64,000 nt of DNA, from the NCBI GenBank assembly GCA_010015585.1, contig ML975151.1; one strand, given 5' to 3'. This stretch comes from Eremomyces bilateralis CBS 781.70 (Eukaryota). The position numbers were made by a program, and so were the translations under genes. The notes below the pieces were generated by a model that had not been told where the DNA came from, did no database searches, and saw only the letters and a program-made list of their open reading frames with translations. Positions within the stretch are counted from its first letter, which is position 1. The number at the start of each line of letters is the position of its first letter. Below, piece after piece: positions 50,921 to 63,058 of this stretch.

Positions 50921-52842
50921 ATGTCGGGCCCCCCTGTGCCGCCCTCTACCACTTCATCTGGCCCCTCCGTTGTCAAACGCGCTTGTGATAGGTACGACAC
51001 TTCTCCACAAGTCTACATTCTCTTCTCAACAGGATGAAGATACTCACCCCTTTATCGCAAATAGCTGTCATCGACGTAAAGTCAAATGTATTGGCGAAGG
51101 AACCAATCCGTGCAAGAACTGCGTCTCCGCCGGGCTCGCCTGTACATACAATGCCATCCCTCAGAAGAAGGGCCCTAAGGGCAGTCGATCCAAAGTGCTT
51201 TCTGAGCTGCGAGAGACGCAGAAGCAATCGCCATATGCCCCTTCAGGATCCGTCTACGATCAGTCGTCCATCCGGTCACGATCCCATTCTCCCCACCTAG
51301 GACGATCGGGATTGTTGACGCCGGAGCTGGTCAACTTCTGCGCGGAGTACTTCTTCGCAAATCTCTATTCCACTCACCCAGTCCTCGATCGCCAGCAACT
51401 CCAAGAGGTGGTGTTGCTCCTCGATACCTCCGTGGAGGCATACAGTACCGTCACGGCGCTATGTGCGTACATGGCGTTGCAGCCGGGAATTGCCCTGCCG
51501 CCGGGGCTGGGACTCCGTCCGGATCTGGCGCTGGTCACTCCTTTCCAGCTGGGCAATCTGCTGCTCGAAGAGGCGGTGCGGGCGAACAAGTTGCATGAGG
51601 ATATGGAAAACGTGGCCATTCAGAGGATCGTGGTGGCGTACTTAATTTTCGGGTGCTACCACTGTTTAGACAGGCAGAACACGGCGTGGGTGTATCTTCG
51701 TCTCGCGACCACGCTTGCCTACATCATGGGCTTACACAGTGGAGAGACGTACAACGTTAACAATCCAGGAGAATCGGCGAAACGAAGGAAACTGTTCTGG
51801 TTGCTGTTTGTGACGGAGAGGTACAGTACCACCGTACTGGATTGTCGACCCCAGACTAATATGGCGAAGGGCATTTGCACTAAAACACCACCGGCCGATC
51901 ACTCTCCACGCCACGATCCCCGTCCCATCAGTGAACGACGACCCCTCCGAACTGCACGATATGGCCGGTTTCATCCACCTCATCAACCTCTTCAAGCCCT
52001 TCAACGAGACGTTCTTCGGCCTCTGGAACCGAACGCAGACCGGCGCCGTCCCCGCGTGGCTACATCAGCTCCAACTGCAGCTGTCGGAGGCCCTCCCGAG
52101 CTACCTCGACACCACGGAGATCCAGGCGGTGGACCTGCGCGTGTCGCAGCTATGGTTGCGGACCATGGTCTGGCAGTTGGCCGTGAGCCACGGCTTCGTC
52201 TCCTCCGTCGCCTCGGACAGCACCCTCCAATTCCGTTATCCGATCGAGATCTCCCGGGAGTTGACCGAAGCGACCACGGAGTTCTCCAGACATGCGATCG
52301 AGACGCATGGAATCGGGCTGGTTGGTCAAATTCATTCCGTAGCATTGGACACCGCTAACCCAAGGTCCAGGTGGAAAAGCTCTTCGACATTGCCTGCACC
52401 CTCACCGACATCCTCGCCTTCGCCTCCCCCGCCCAACAACAGAGTACCGCCTACGGCCTCGACACCAACTCCGGCCGTACCTACCTCTCCTACATGGTTT
52501 CGCTCATCACCTCCCTCCGCGCCGCTCAACCGCGCCACCACTCCCTCCTCGGCAAACTACAAGTCAACCAACCGCAAGTCAACCAACCGCAGGTCAATCA
52601 ACCCCGTGCCAATCAACCCCACGCCAACCCTCCCCTCCCCCATTCCTACACCCCCCTCCCGCACCACCCCTCTGCCATCTCCACCCCCGCCGAAATGGCC
52701 TCCTACACGACCTCCCGCTCCAGCTCCACCAGCCACGACGCCAGTCCGTTCGCCAGCACCGCCAACGTGCCGGGGATGATGATGCGGCAGCCCGGGGGTA
52801 CGGGCGGAATGATGTCAATGCATCACCATCAGCAGCAGCAGC

Positions 52843-52927
<85 letters not shown>

Positions 52928-53048
52928 TGTGCCGCAGCAGCAGGGGCATAATCTGCCGTTTGCGGAGATTGAGGAGGGGGTTGAGGGGATGGAAGGGGAG
53001 GGGGTGGGGTATTCGGGGTTTGGGGCGGGGCATGGGGATATGTATTAG
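50921..53048 (+). CDS. Zn(II)2Cys6 transcription factor with fungal middle homology region and polyQ (COL-26/BglR-like by recalled linker motif)
   Basis: KRACDS/CHRRKVKCIGEGTNPCKNCVSAGLACTYNAIPQKKGPKGSR; introns 50992-51064, 51821-51869, 52321-52370; RRKLFWLLFVTERAFAL; HGIGLVEKLFDIACTL. A possible extra 5' exon lies at 50709-50730. Confidence 0.9.
52560..52606 (+). repeat. 15-nt coding repeat (QVNQP) x3
   Basis: caagtcaaccaaccg caagtcaaccaaccg caggtcaatcaaccc. Confidence 0.85.
52830..52925 (+). repeat. (CAG)4(CAA)28 microsatellite encoding polyglutamine
   Basis: Direct reading of sequence. Confidence 0.95.
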
Positions 53049-55164
53049 ATGCGGTGATACGGGATGGAAATCCAGGGGTTAATTACGTGAGCCACGGAAG
53101 CTGATGAAGAGATGGTGGGAGAGATGGTGGGACGGTGGCTCATTTCGTTTTCAAGCGGGCGTTGAGTTTTGCAGCATCGGCGGAGACGTAATAGGGTGGT
53201 GGCGTAACGCATATCCGCAGAGTACGATGTTACTGTCGTTTCTTTAGGGGTAGAAGGGAGTGGCTGGGTATCGCACGGTTGGTGGTCTACATTGTCCTGG
53301 AATCCCGCTCAAAGTCCTATTTATGTCGTTGTGGGCGGCAGCGAAAGCGTCGGGTGCAAAAGCAAACTGACTGTACTACACGACGTGGTAGACTCATCTG
53401 CATCGGCGGTAACCCAAAGGAACTATTTTTCTGCATGAACATGGTCCAGGTCTATTAGTATCAACAGAGTATATCTTGGCATAGGTATATATAGCAATCT
53501 AACGCACTGAAATCAGTCATTTGCTCGCTTGAGCCACCCGCCCACATACATGTTCTCAAAGCACCCCCATCCCGCCCTCATCTGAGAATTGTCGTTGGTC
53601 ACTGATATCCCCGCGGGCCGCGCATGGAGGGATTGAAATACGTGACTTATATACCGTAGATCTGGGACTGGATTTCGGGTGCATTTGAAGATGACCCTGA
53701 GGCTCAGCGCCACTGAGAGACCGAATGAACAATGAGGGAAGGGGTTCACTCAGTTCAGAGACCAGAGCCCGCTTCCCTGGTTAAGTAAGCAGCTCTATTT
53801 GGTATGTGATCTACTGCAGCAATTGGCATCTATGGACGATCAGCTCACTTGCGAGCTGTATGCATGATGCAAACCTACTGATGCGGGATTTATCCATCCT
53901 TTACTGTCCTGGCTGTAATTGGTACTTGATACCTGGAGCTAGCGATGCTGTGCTTCGGGACGATCACGATGCTACAATGGTAACCGAGACGAAGTGCACT
54001 GTCACATCTAGCCGCGTCGATCCTTGGATAGACGAGTTGACGAGGAGCTGCAGGGGTCGATGCCTCGTAAGTCGTAAATGGCTATGAGTCGGTCAACGTG
54101 GACCTTAAGGGTCTAGAACGCGGCATGTGGACGAATGGATAGTGACGGGTGGTGATTCGCTATTGGGATGGAGAAAGAGGCCAATGAGAACGGAGAGAAT
54201 ATAGTCCATGGGAAAATGTGGGAGGATTGACAACGGTATTGCCGGCTGATGAATTTGCTTGAATGTTCTGCAATCGGGATTTGATATCAAAATGCGGAAT
54301 AATCAATGGAAGGCATGAAGTGTGGTTCCCATGACCGGGCGATCAGGCGACAAGGCAAGGTTTCAGCCACATCTCCTTCACGGAATCGCTCCTTCCTTGC
54401 GCGGCAACCAATCTGGCGGGATTTCGGTGCCTTCCATACCTGATGAACGCCACAATCCCTGTCCTAGGGCTGCACCTCCTTTCCGCACCAAATCAATCTC
54501 ATCCATCAGCCGCCTCTCAGCCGACCACCGACATCTCCCCCCATTAAATCCATCGTCGCACAAAGGTGCCATCCGTATTGTGCTCGTGTTCAACGGGCTT
54601 TGGCCCGTTATATTTCATGTAGACATCCGCCCACACCGGTTCGATTTGAGGCCATGTGGCATGCTGTCATGCCGAGCCGCTGGGGGTGCTCACTGTACGT
54701 CACCCCCTTCACCAGATCGCACGTATCGGAGATCCTCAAGGAAAATATATGTCGATGGGGGGAATTCGTTTGAAATGGAACGAAGCCAATGAGGTTGGCA
54801 ATCTTGCTCACTATTGAATTCGGCATACCGTCTGCGATCGTGGTGTTGGGATCACTGATCGAGATGGCGGTATGCATCACTACTCGGGTGGATGCATGGT
54901 GGTAAATCACGGCGGGGCGGATCGACTGTGCGTGGTCATAAGAACATCGTCGTCCGCTCATGATTTAGTGAAACTTGAGATGAAGTCGTACGGTGTCCTG
55001 CGTTGGTCCCTCTTCTCCTTTTCTTCCGGTGTCCTCGCATCTCCACCCTCCACATTCCTTGGACGACTGACCTCTCGCACTCCGTCGTGTCACAGCATAA
55101 GTTTGCAGAAATCCTAACTGTTAAACCACAAGGCACCCATAAACTGGGCTAGCTCGTTGTCGAG

Positions 55165-56234
55165 ATGACACTCCTGACTTCACTACCGCCGGAGGTGCTC
55201 CTCGACATCCTCGCCTACTTACCCCTTCGTTCGCTCCTTTCTTTCGGCCAGGCAAGCAAAATCTCGCACCAGTTGGCCAGCTGTGCGATGCACAGGCTCT
55301 CCCTTGGAATCTTTCCCACTCGACTCTCCGGTATACTCTCCAGGCTCTCCGGCGTGAGCACACTGGACCTGTATTCTCCCTCCCATCTCGAAGACGTGCA
55401 GGACGACACGCGGATTGCTTCGATCGTGATTCCCGACGCTGCGACGCTCAACTCGTATAGTCTGCTGGCTTTCCACAATGCTCTCATCAGCGCCGTCCTA
55501 TCGAGATATGCGTATTCGCTGCGTGATCTCGATCTCACGATATGGATGCTGACTCCGCCGATTGCGAAGGCGCTCGGTTCCGCACGAGGACTGAAACGAC
55601 TGCGACTGAGGGTTGAGAATCCTTTCAAACTGCGAGGAGGACTGCGAGCTGGTGACCGGGATGTCCAACGACGACTTCCCCCCGAAAAGGGAGGCTTATG
55701 GGACACCTTCCCGGGGTCTTGGCACAAGCTTGAAGGGCTGATGATTGATGGTTCGATCATAGGTTTAGATACCCTTCAAGGGATTCTGAAAGGTTGTGGC
55801 TGTTTGAAAGAGCTGTGGCTTAAGAATTGTCCCAATATTAGCGGAAAGCTCGTCGAGTTTCTTGCTAATGATTGGAATGGTGCATATGCGCTGGAAGGGC
55901 TGGGTTTGGCCAACTGCGGGATTGTCCACGACGATGATCTAGAGCCGATCATCCACCTGACGCGTCTTAAGGTGAGTAAATATCCGCTGCTGAGCACCAT
56001 GGCTATTTATGTATAGAAGCCTGGGATAACAAGTAGCAGCTCCTATCACTGTACGACTGTCGGGGACTGGACAACGATAATGTCAACAAAATAAACAAAG
56101 GTACCTGGAAGATTCGACACCTGATCCTATCTGACAGTATGGATCTGCCTTCGGAGCATCATATCATCGAAGTCGACCCTGCCTACATGAGTAGTGAAGC
56201 GAACATTGAGAGTTCGTCTGAAGAGTCGGATTAA
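55165..56234 (+). CDS. F-box protein with leucine-rich-repeat-like C-terminus
   Basis: F-box LTSLPPEVLLDILAYLPLRSLLSFGQASK; LRR-like LRDLDLT, LKRLRLR, LKELWLKNCPNI, LEGLGLANCG; intron 55972-56039 adds LLSLYDCRGLDND..IEVDPAY..ESD*. Confidence 0.85.
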
Positions 56235-57081
56235 GAAAGTTGACCGCACGAATTGCTTGACTTTTTGGTTCTTGTATACCATAGGTTTGGACCTGTAGTG
56301 GAGTTCATTCAATTTCAGCGCTGGTAGTAAGTAGTATATCTGATGTTATCTTCGTTTTTCAGAATACCTTATCAGTTGAACGAATTGACGGCCACTTGCA
56401 GATGACAAGCCCCTCATCATAACGTGCTTGGAGATGTAGTGTATCTTACGAATGAAAATGTGGCCTCGAAAACCGTGGTGGTCTCACTTCAGGTGAATAT
56501 CAATCAGCTCAAGCAGAGACAGCCTCTGCCCGGAAACCGTTCGTCTGCTCAGTCTTGCTAAACTTCTACTCTTCACTTCTCTCTTATCATCGCACAACTC
56601 AAACACACTCTAATAAAAACTTTCAAACTTCCTTCTCACTCATTACTTCCAAATATCTTTCTCCTCGTTCCTCTGCGATGTCACCCACTCAATTGGTTCA
56701 CTTCTGACTTCCACGATCAATTGGGCGCATTTTTAAACCCCCCCTTTCACTTCGATCTGTGGTTGAAGGCAGGTTCCATTATCAACTACATAATCTTCCT
56801 TCTGTGTTCAGACAGCGCTTCGGAGCGTGTTACCTAGACTGCGTCTAGTGTTATATCATCCGTTTCTCTGATATCAGCTTCTCTTTCGGTTAGTCAATGG
56901 CACAGTTCCACCTTGTTGTCTAAGTCTCATCATAGTCCGAGGCATTCTAACGCATATCTCCTCTAGGACAAGTTTAACGTCGCATATTTCCATTGCATGC
57001 ACTAGCCCCCGGTTGCCAACACTGGTTTCAGCATCCAATCGACCCCGTGCTTCAAGGTATATGGATCTGCCCTTTTGAGAC

Positions 57082-58859
57082 ATGGCAGTCTGCTCCACCG
57101 AGACGCAGAAGAGGCCGCGAAAGAGGGTCAAGAAGGGAACTCGAGAGTTCCAGGCGTACTGTGCCTATCTCGCTATCACCCCCTGGCATAAGCTCTTCAC
57201 CCCCGATATCATCGCGAACTTCCCTGTCCTCTGTAAACGCAAGGATGTCAACTGCTCTGGGATATTGCGAGATCCGGCGTTGACGACGACGTTCATCTTT
57301 CGTTTTGCAGTTGATCTGTACAATCACGTTCAGCGCACCCCCTTCTATGCTAACAAGGTCAGTCTATCCAGTCCATCTCATCCCATCACCTTTCGCTGAT
57401 TTGTAAACAGTGTGGAGACCGCAGCGATGACCTCGCCTGGTTCATCAACCGCGTCAACCTCGATCAACCCGCCATCCCCGCGTGGGCGATCCAGAAAGAC
57501 CCCACTCGCCGCACCGCGCGCACGGAAGCATGGATGAACAAACTCCGCGCCAGCATCCCCGCTACAAGTCCATACCCCGCCGACCTCCGCCTCGCCGACC
57601 TCCACGAGTTCGAAGACACTTGGTACTGCGCCATCACCATCATGCAAGACCTCTACGAAGACGTGCGCGTGCGGATGAACTCCGGGTTCATCAAGTGGGA
57701 CGAGATCGTCCATTCCTTCGGCAAGATGGGGTCCTCACCCAACGAGCCGTGCCACGTCTACGACCTGCTCGAGTTCTGCTGGATGATGTGGTTCTACAAC
57801 AACGAATCGGATTTCGTATTCACACTCAATGAGGCGGTCAAGCATCGCAATAAGCGCGATCTGGGCGTCGCGTCGGGTCTCATAGATGTCAATCGCCAGC
57901 CGTCGTCGATTACGTTCGATATGCTGTATCGGAAACACAAGCTTGATCGGTATGCGGAAAGTGAGAGGGATGAGGATCGCACGCTGGGAGAGATCAGGGT
58001 CGCGTTGGATGAGGAGTTGTGGATTCGGAGGATGTACGGGCACGAAGCTGAGCAACGCTATCCCCTGAATACCGTCAACACTCCGAAATCCGCTGGCGTC
58101 AACACTGAAGCGACTGGAACTCCGCGAAGTGCTACGGCACCGGATCTTCGAACGGCCAATGCATCGAATGATAGCAAGCACACTGTGGTCAACAAAGACG
58201 CTGCAGAGCCGACAGCTCCTCGACGCAGCGCTACGACATCCCAACTCTCACCCCAACGTCGACGAAACGGAGCCAATGGTGCAACACCTCAACGCACTCA
58301 AGAAGACCCCATCGCGGCCGACCCAATGGAAATCGACCCCATCGAGACGAAAGCCGCAACCACCCAAATCCCCGCCAAACCCGCCCTCAACCTCAACAAA
58401 CCCCTCCCCGCCATCCCTTCTCCCAAACCCAAACCCTCCCGCATCTTCAAATCCGCCACCAAAGCCTTCAAACTCCGCGGCAACCCCCTGAAGATCTTCA
58501 CCAGCCACCCGAAACCCGCCCTCTCCTCCCCTCTTTCCTCCCCCACCGACTCCATCCCCCTGACCCCCACCACCGCCTCCTCGTCTGCCACCGCCTCCAC
58601 CATCTCCACCACGCCCAACACCTCCCCCGCGGCGTTCGACATTGCCGCGCTACCCGCAACCAAGCCGTGCATCCGCCAGTCGTGCTATCCGACCTCGCCG
58701 CTGTCGCCGGTGCAGGAGATGGTGAGGGAGGAGGCGGAGGGGGAGGAAGGGATAGAGCCAGATGAGGTGCGGAGGGAACGGGAGATGAGGGAGGATTATG
58801 TATTGCCGAGGACGGTGTATGTGCCGCCGGAGGGGTGGAAAAAGGAGTGGAATTGGTAG
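57082..58859 (+). CDS. Hypothetical protein (helical/aromatic N-half, Ser/Thr/Pro-rich C-half); start uncertain
   Basis: ORF 57082 joins ORF 57534..58859 in frame via intron 57358-57410 (GTCAGT..CTGAT..CAG); no family recognised. Confidence 0.7.
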
Positions 58860-59004
58860 AGAGGTGCGGGTGGTGACGTTTTGCGTTGGGAGGAGGGCAG
58901 GATGCTGATTACGGGGACGGGAGGTTGAGAAATGTCACGGGTGGCTAATTGAGGGGATGTGAAGTTGGTGCTTGGACGGATTGAATGGTTGTTCAAGAGT
59001 GGAT

Positions 59005-59030
59005 GGCTTGGCTTGGCTTGGCTTGGCTTG
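59005..59030. repeat. (GGCTT)5 microsatellite
   Basis: ggcttggcttggcttggcttggcttg. Confidence 0.9.
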
Positions 59031-59303
59031 TAGCAATGGGGCTGATTAAGCGCATCACGATTGGCAAGCTCCTTTTGAGCATGCTGATAGTTTTGAAGCG
59101 CGTGTAGACTCGCTCCGTAGGGTAGCCTTCACAAATACAATTCCCATACTCCCTGCGCTTGAAGTTCTTCCAATTTTTACCTTCCAATTTTTTCCTTCCA
59201 GCCATGACGAGCGCCTATCCCTTCGTAATCATGATCCTGTCGCCAATTATCCGTCGCCAATTATTCCATAGTACATATAGTTTATATCCTCCCCTCCCTA
59301 ATC

Positions 59304-60161
59304 TCACATCCCCACTGCCATCCCCACCGCACCGGCCAACCCCACCATCACCCACATCACCCCTATCCTCCCCCCACCCCCCTGCAACTGTGGATCCCCC
59401 TCCCGCCCCCCCACGGCCCCCGTCCCCGTCGGCCTCATCGCCTCCCCCCCCACCACCGTATAGCTCGTCACCACCTCCACGCGCCCGTCCGGCATCGTGC
59501 TAGTGCTCAACACGACGCTACTCACCACGCTAGCCCCTAATGAACTACCGGGGCGGGTGGTCGTGGTGAGTCGCGATGGCGGGGCGGTAGTGGTGCCCTG
59601 ATCAATGGAGGGGTCGGTGATGGTGGAGATGGGTGGGGATGGGCCGGTGCTGGAGGGGTTATTGGCGGAGGAGGGGGTAGGGAGGTCGATGGAGGGGTCG
59701 TTGACGGGAGGGTTGGTGGGTGGAGTGTCGGTGGATGAGGGAGGGGAGAGGGAGGATTCGATGTGCGCGGTGCTGGTGGCCGATGGGGGAGTCGTCTCCT
59801 GAGGTGGGGAAGAAGTGTCGGAAGGGGTGGTTTCTTCCGGGGGGGTGGTGGAGTTGGGGGTTTGGCGGCGGAGGAGGTCGAGGTGGGCGGCTGAGAGGAG
59901 GCGGGAGGCGAGGGGTGGGTCGGTGTTGTGGATGGCTTCGATTGCGTTGGTGTCGGTTTCGAAGATGCCGTCTTGGAACTTGGATTCTAGGTGGTCGTGG
60001 AGGATGATGTGGAGGGTTTTGCCGAGGAGAGACTCCAATAGAGGTTGGATGCTACTGCCACCCGGTTGGAGTTCTGGGTTGGTCGGTTCGGGTTGAGTCT
60101 GCGATGATGCGCATCCTGCAAGAGCGAGAGACAGAAATAGAGTGTTTTTCAAGAATGCCAT
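59304..60161 (-). CDS. Secreted Ser/Thr/Pro-rich, probably GPI-anchored cell-surface protein
   Basis: Signal MAFLKNTLFLSLALAGCASS; small helical domain ending LLRRQ (dibasic site); S/T/P stalk; hydrophobic C-terminus LQGGGGRIGVMWVMVGLAGAVGMAVGM*. Confidence 0.85.
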   Translation of the reverse strand: MAFLKNTLFLSLALAGCASSQTQPEPTNPELQPGGSSIQPLLESLLGKTLHIILHDHLESKFQDGIFETDTNAIEAIHNTDPPLASRLLSAAHLDLLRRQTPNSTTPPEETTPSDTSSPPQETTPPSATSTAHIESSLSPPSSTDTPPTNPPVNDPSIDLPTPSSANNPSSTGPSPPISTITDPSIDQGTTTAPPSRLTTTTRPGSSLGASVVSSVVLSTSTMPDGRVEVVTSYTVVGGEAMRPTGTGAVGGREGDPQLQGGGGRIGVMWVMVGLAGAVGMAVGM

Positions 60162-63058
60162 CTTCAACCAACGATGTCCCAATCTCCGTGGACGACCACC
60201 GCGCTCGCTGTCAAGGAAATAATCTTTTGCTCTCCTGGGTTTGGGATGAACGAATGTTATAAATTCAGACGCCTGAAGTAAAAACCGTTAGTCAATTATA
60301 CCGCAAATCGTGAAACAATCGTCAATTAAAGCAGAGGGTTTGAAAGAACGGACAAACGGTGCTGACGGAGATATATTATAATGGTGGACGGTGGTACACC
60401 TCCGGTGGCTGGACGTACGGATCGACCGCCAGCAATCCCAGCGCACCCGAATCTGCAGCTAGCAGAACCGAATTCCCAGCGTAATATTCGAAACGTAGCG
60501 GAGACTCACCTTAATTGGCAGAAACGCAAACCAGCTAAATAATTCAGAGATAAGGATTAGTGCATCTTAGCAACATAGCGCAAGCAGTCAACGATTGTGA
60601 AGTCGAACCACGTGTAGAATCGACACACATCACGAGAGAAGAGCGACGAGGAGGCAATTAATAGTTCCATCGAAAGCATGCTGAAAAGTCCACTCAACCC
60701 AACGACATCACGTCATCATGCTTTTCGCTGCTGTGTCATCAGTCATGGTACAAGCTTGAACCGAGTTTGGACAAAATCCACGAACTGCATGTTTCAACTC
60801 CCGCTAAACTTCTGGAACTTCGGATCGCTGGACATATCGCCGCTTGGCCGGCATAAATGTCCAGCACTAACCCGACCGGTCCAGCGATGCTCCGCTAGCA
60901 TTCAGCTGGTGAACCAGGATTTGCGGGCTTTGTGTTCGCTTCAGAGCTCCAAGTTCAGTGAGTTGAGAGTTCTGACGCTAGTGCGGCGACATCTAGATTC
61001 CCTCAACAACGCGTCCGGTTCTCGTGGTGATCCCAGCGTCGATGGAACTTGATTCGAATTCTAACTTTCTGAGCCTGTTGAGCTTCCATGCTTTGGAAAT
61101 TCGGATGTATAGCGGCCTGATTGTGCTTTATATTCAAGGCCGACAGCAGCTTTCGTTTTATAGTTTCGGCGGCTGTCCAAACGGAATAATCGCCCTTCCT
61201 CTTTGCTTTCCGGCGCTCGCGTCTCTCGTCGTCTTCCGTATTCGTGCCAGAAAACTAAAGAATGCCAAATACGCCTAACTAAGGGCGGTCACTTTTGATC
61301 TATTTGTGTTTCTGCTTCACAGCCCTGTGGGCGGGCTAGCTGAATAGACCGGAGCTTGGGCCTAGGGACAGCAGTTATTGGCGCCACGGCTATTGCTGTG
61401 CAACAAACCACGGGCAACGTCAACGTCAGCCAATATTCCGCAAGCCGCGAGAATTGGGTATTGTTTTTGCATAGAGGTATACGTAATGTCCAGGGTCTCT
61501 CCGGGTGCATTTCCGGGATTCGTTAACTGTTGAAGTCGACGGTTGTTCTCTCCTACCTAACAGTGGACAGTACGGTGTACCGCTGACGAATCCGAGGCAA
61601 GGCTCCCCCAATTGGATCGGTATGGGATCGACCGGCTTCTATTTCAAGATGAAAAGATTCCCACTGCGGCTGGCATGCTGGTTTCGATCTTCACGGTTCA
61701 ACATCCGAATTGATGCTATGATCTACCTCATTAACCTCAACGTTCCGGTTCTAATGTGCTTATGCAGTTATGCTGCAGCAGTGCGGAGCAATCATACCTG
61801 GCGCCTTCTGTTCTGCTTTCAGCGTGTAGTTGTGAGTGGCGCCAAACGTGGCTCGGATATCAATCTTCATCCAGTCAGTCCCTAGCATTTGGTTCGATTT
61901 GATTTTGAAAGTTTTGGTCCGTGAGGATGCCTTCCCTTGCTACCATGACCTTGCTTCTTTGATATTTCAATCGATAGTGCTCTTTGAAATAAGTAGCACT
62001 AGAACAATGACAACTTGGACCGATGTCTGGCCAAATGATCAATGCTTGCTGTGGTTTGGGCTTTTTGCTGCGAGATATTAGTCGACACCATTGTGAGCAT
62101 GCTCAGCCTTTGAGTCCTTTCCCCAAAGCTCTTGCCAATCAGTTTCTTCAGGTTTCTTTTGAAACTCGTTACAGCAATCGCTACAGCATCCCTCAAATGC
62201 TCACTTAGGACCGTTGTTATGTTCAGATGCACCTCTTAGAAACCGGGACTGACTGACAATCTAAACCATGAATATCTGGGAAGCATAGAATCAGTCCTTA
62301 GCCGGTGCTCAAATGGGATACCTATGAGGTCCATAAGGATATCATTAGCATAATTGCCGCAGAATGAGCATGGATTGTCTACTGGAGTTATATCAGTTCC
62401 GATAGTTGTCAGTATAACCAGTCCCTAAATAACCATTACGGCCCTCCGCTTCCTGACTAAATGAAACGCAGTAGGGATTCAGACATATCTTGCCGTATTT
62501 CGAACTTCATGTACCTCCCAAGAACTAGATCTCCCTCTAGGACCATTTTGATCGGAGATGAACGGGCCTGGAGGCGACAGTACGGTAGGCCCAAGGCCAG
62601 GAGGACGAAGTATCATGGACTCTCCTGCTGCTTCATGGCCATAGATGATGATATCCAATTCCATACTCACGTGCCTTCAGCATGAATTCATTGCATGTGC
62701 TCGGGAGTAACCGATACCGTTCAGTTCACTCGACACGTGGATAGCTGCATTCCGTTTGTTTGTCATTTTCTCTTGCCGGTAAATTAGGTGATATCATTAT
62801 CACTAAGATGCAGCAGCGCCATCACTGATCGTGTGATTCTTCATAAAAGGTCACGCACTCACCTTGAATGTCAACTTCTTTCTTTTTCTTCTGCCAGTGT
62901 TTATTTATCTCTCTTCCTCACGTACTTCGCACTTCGCACTCGGTTAGCATATTCCGAGTGTACTCCCTCGTTTAACTCTTTCAACCAGAGTTTAGTTATC
63001 AAAATTATCCACTCTGCTCTCACTCCTTTCACTGGTAACTTCCCAACTCACCTTCTGC

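Noticed and set aside
3507..56234. Apparent ubiquitin-proteasome grouping (PRE7, UBX/TUG, two F-box genes)
   Set aside because: Genes are 3-28 kb apart and interleaved with unrelated housekeeping genes; these families are common, so there is no evidence of a cluster.
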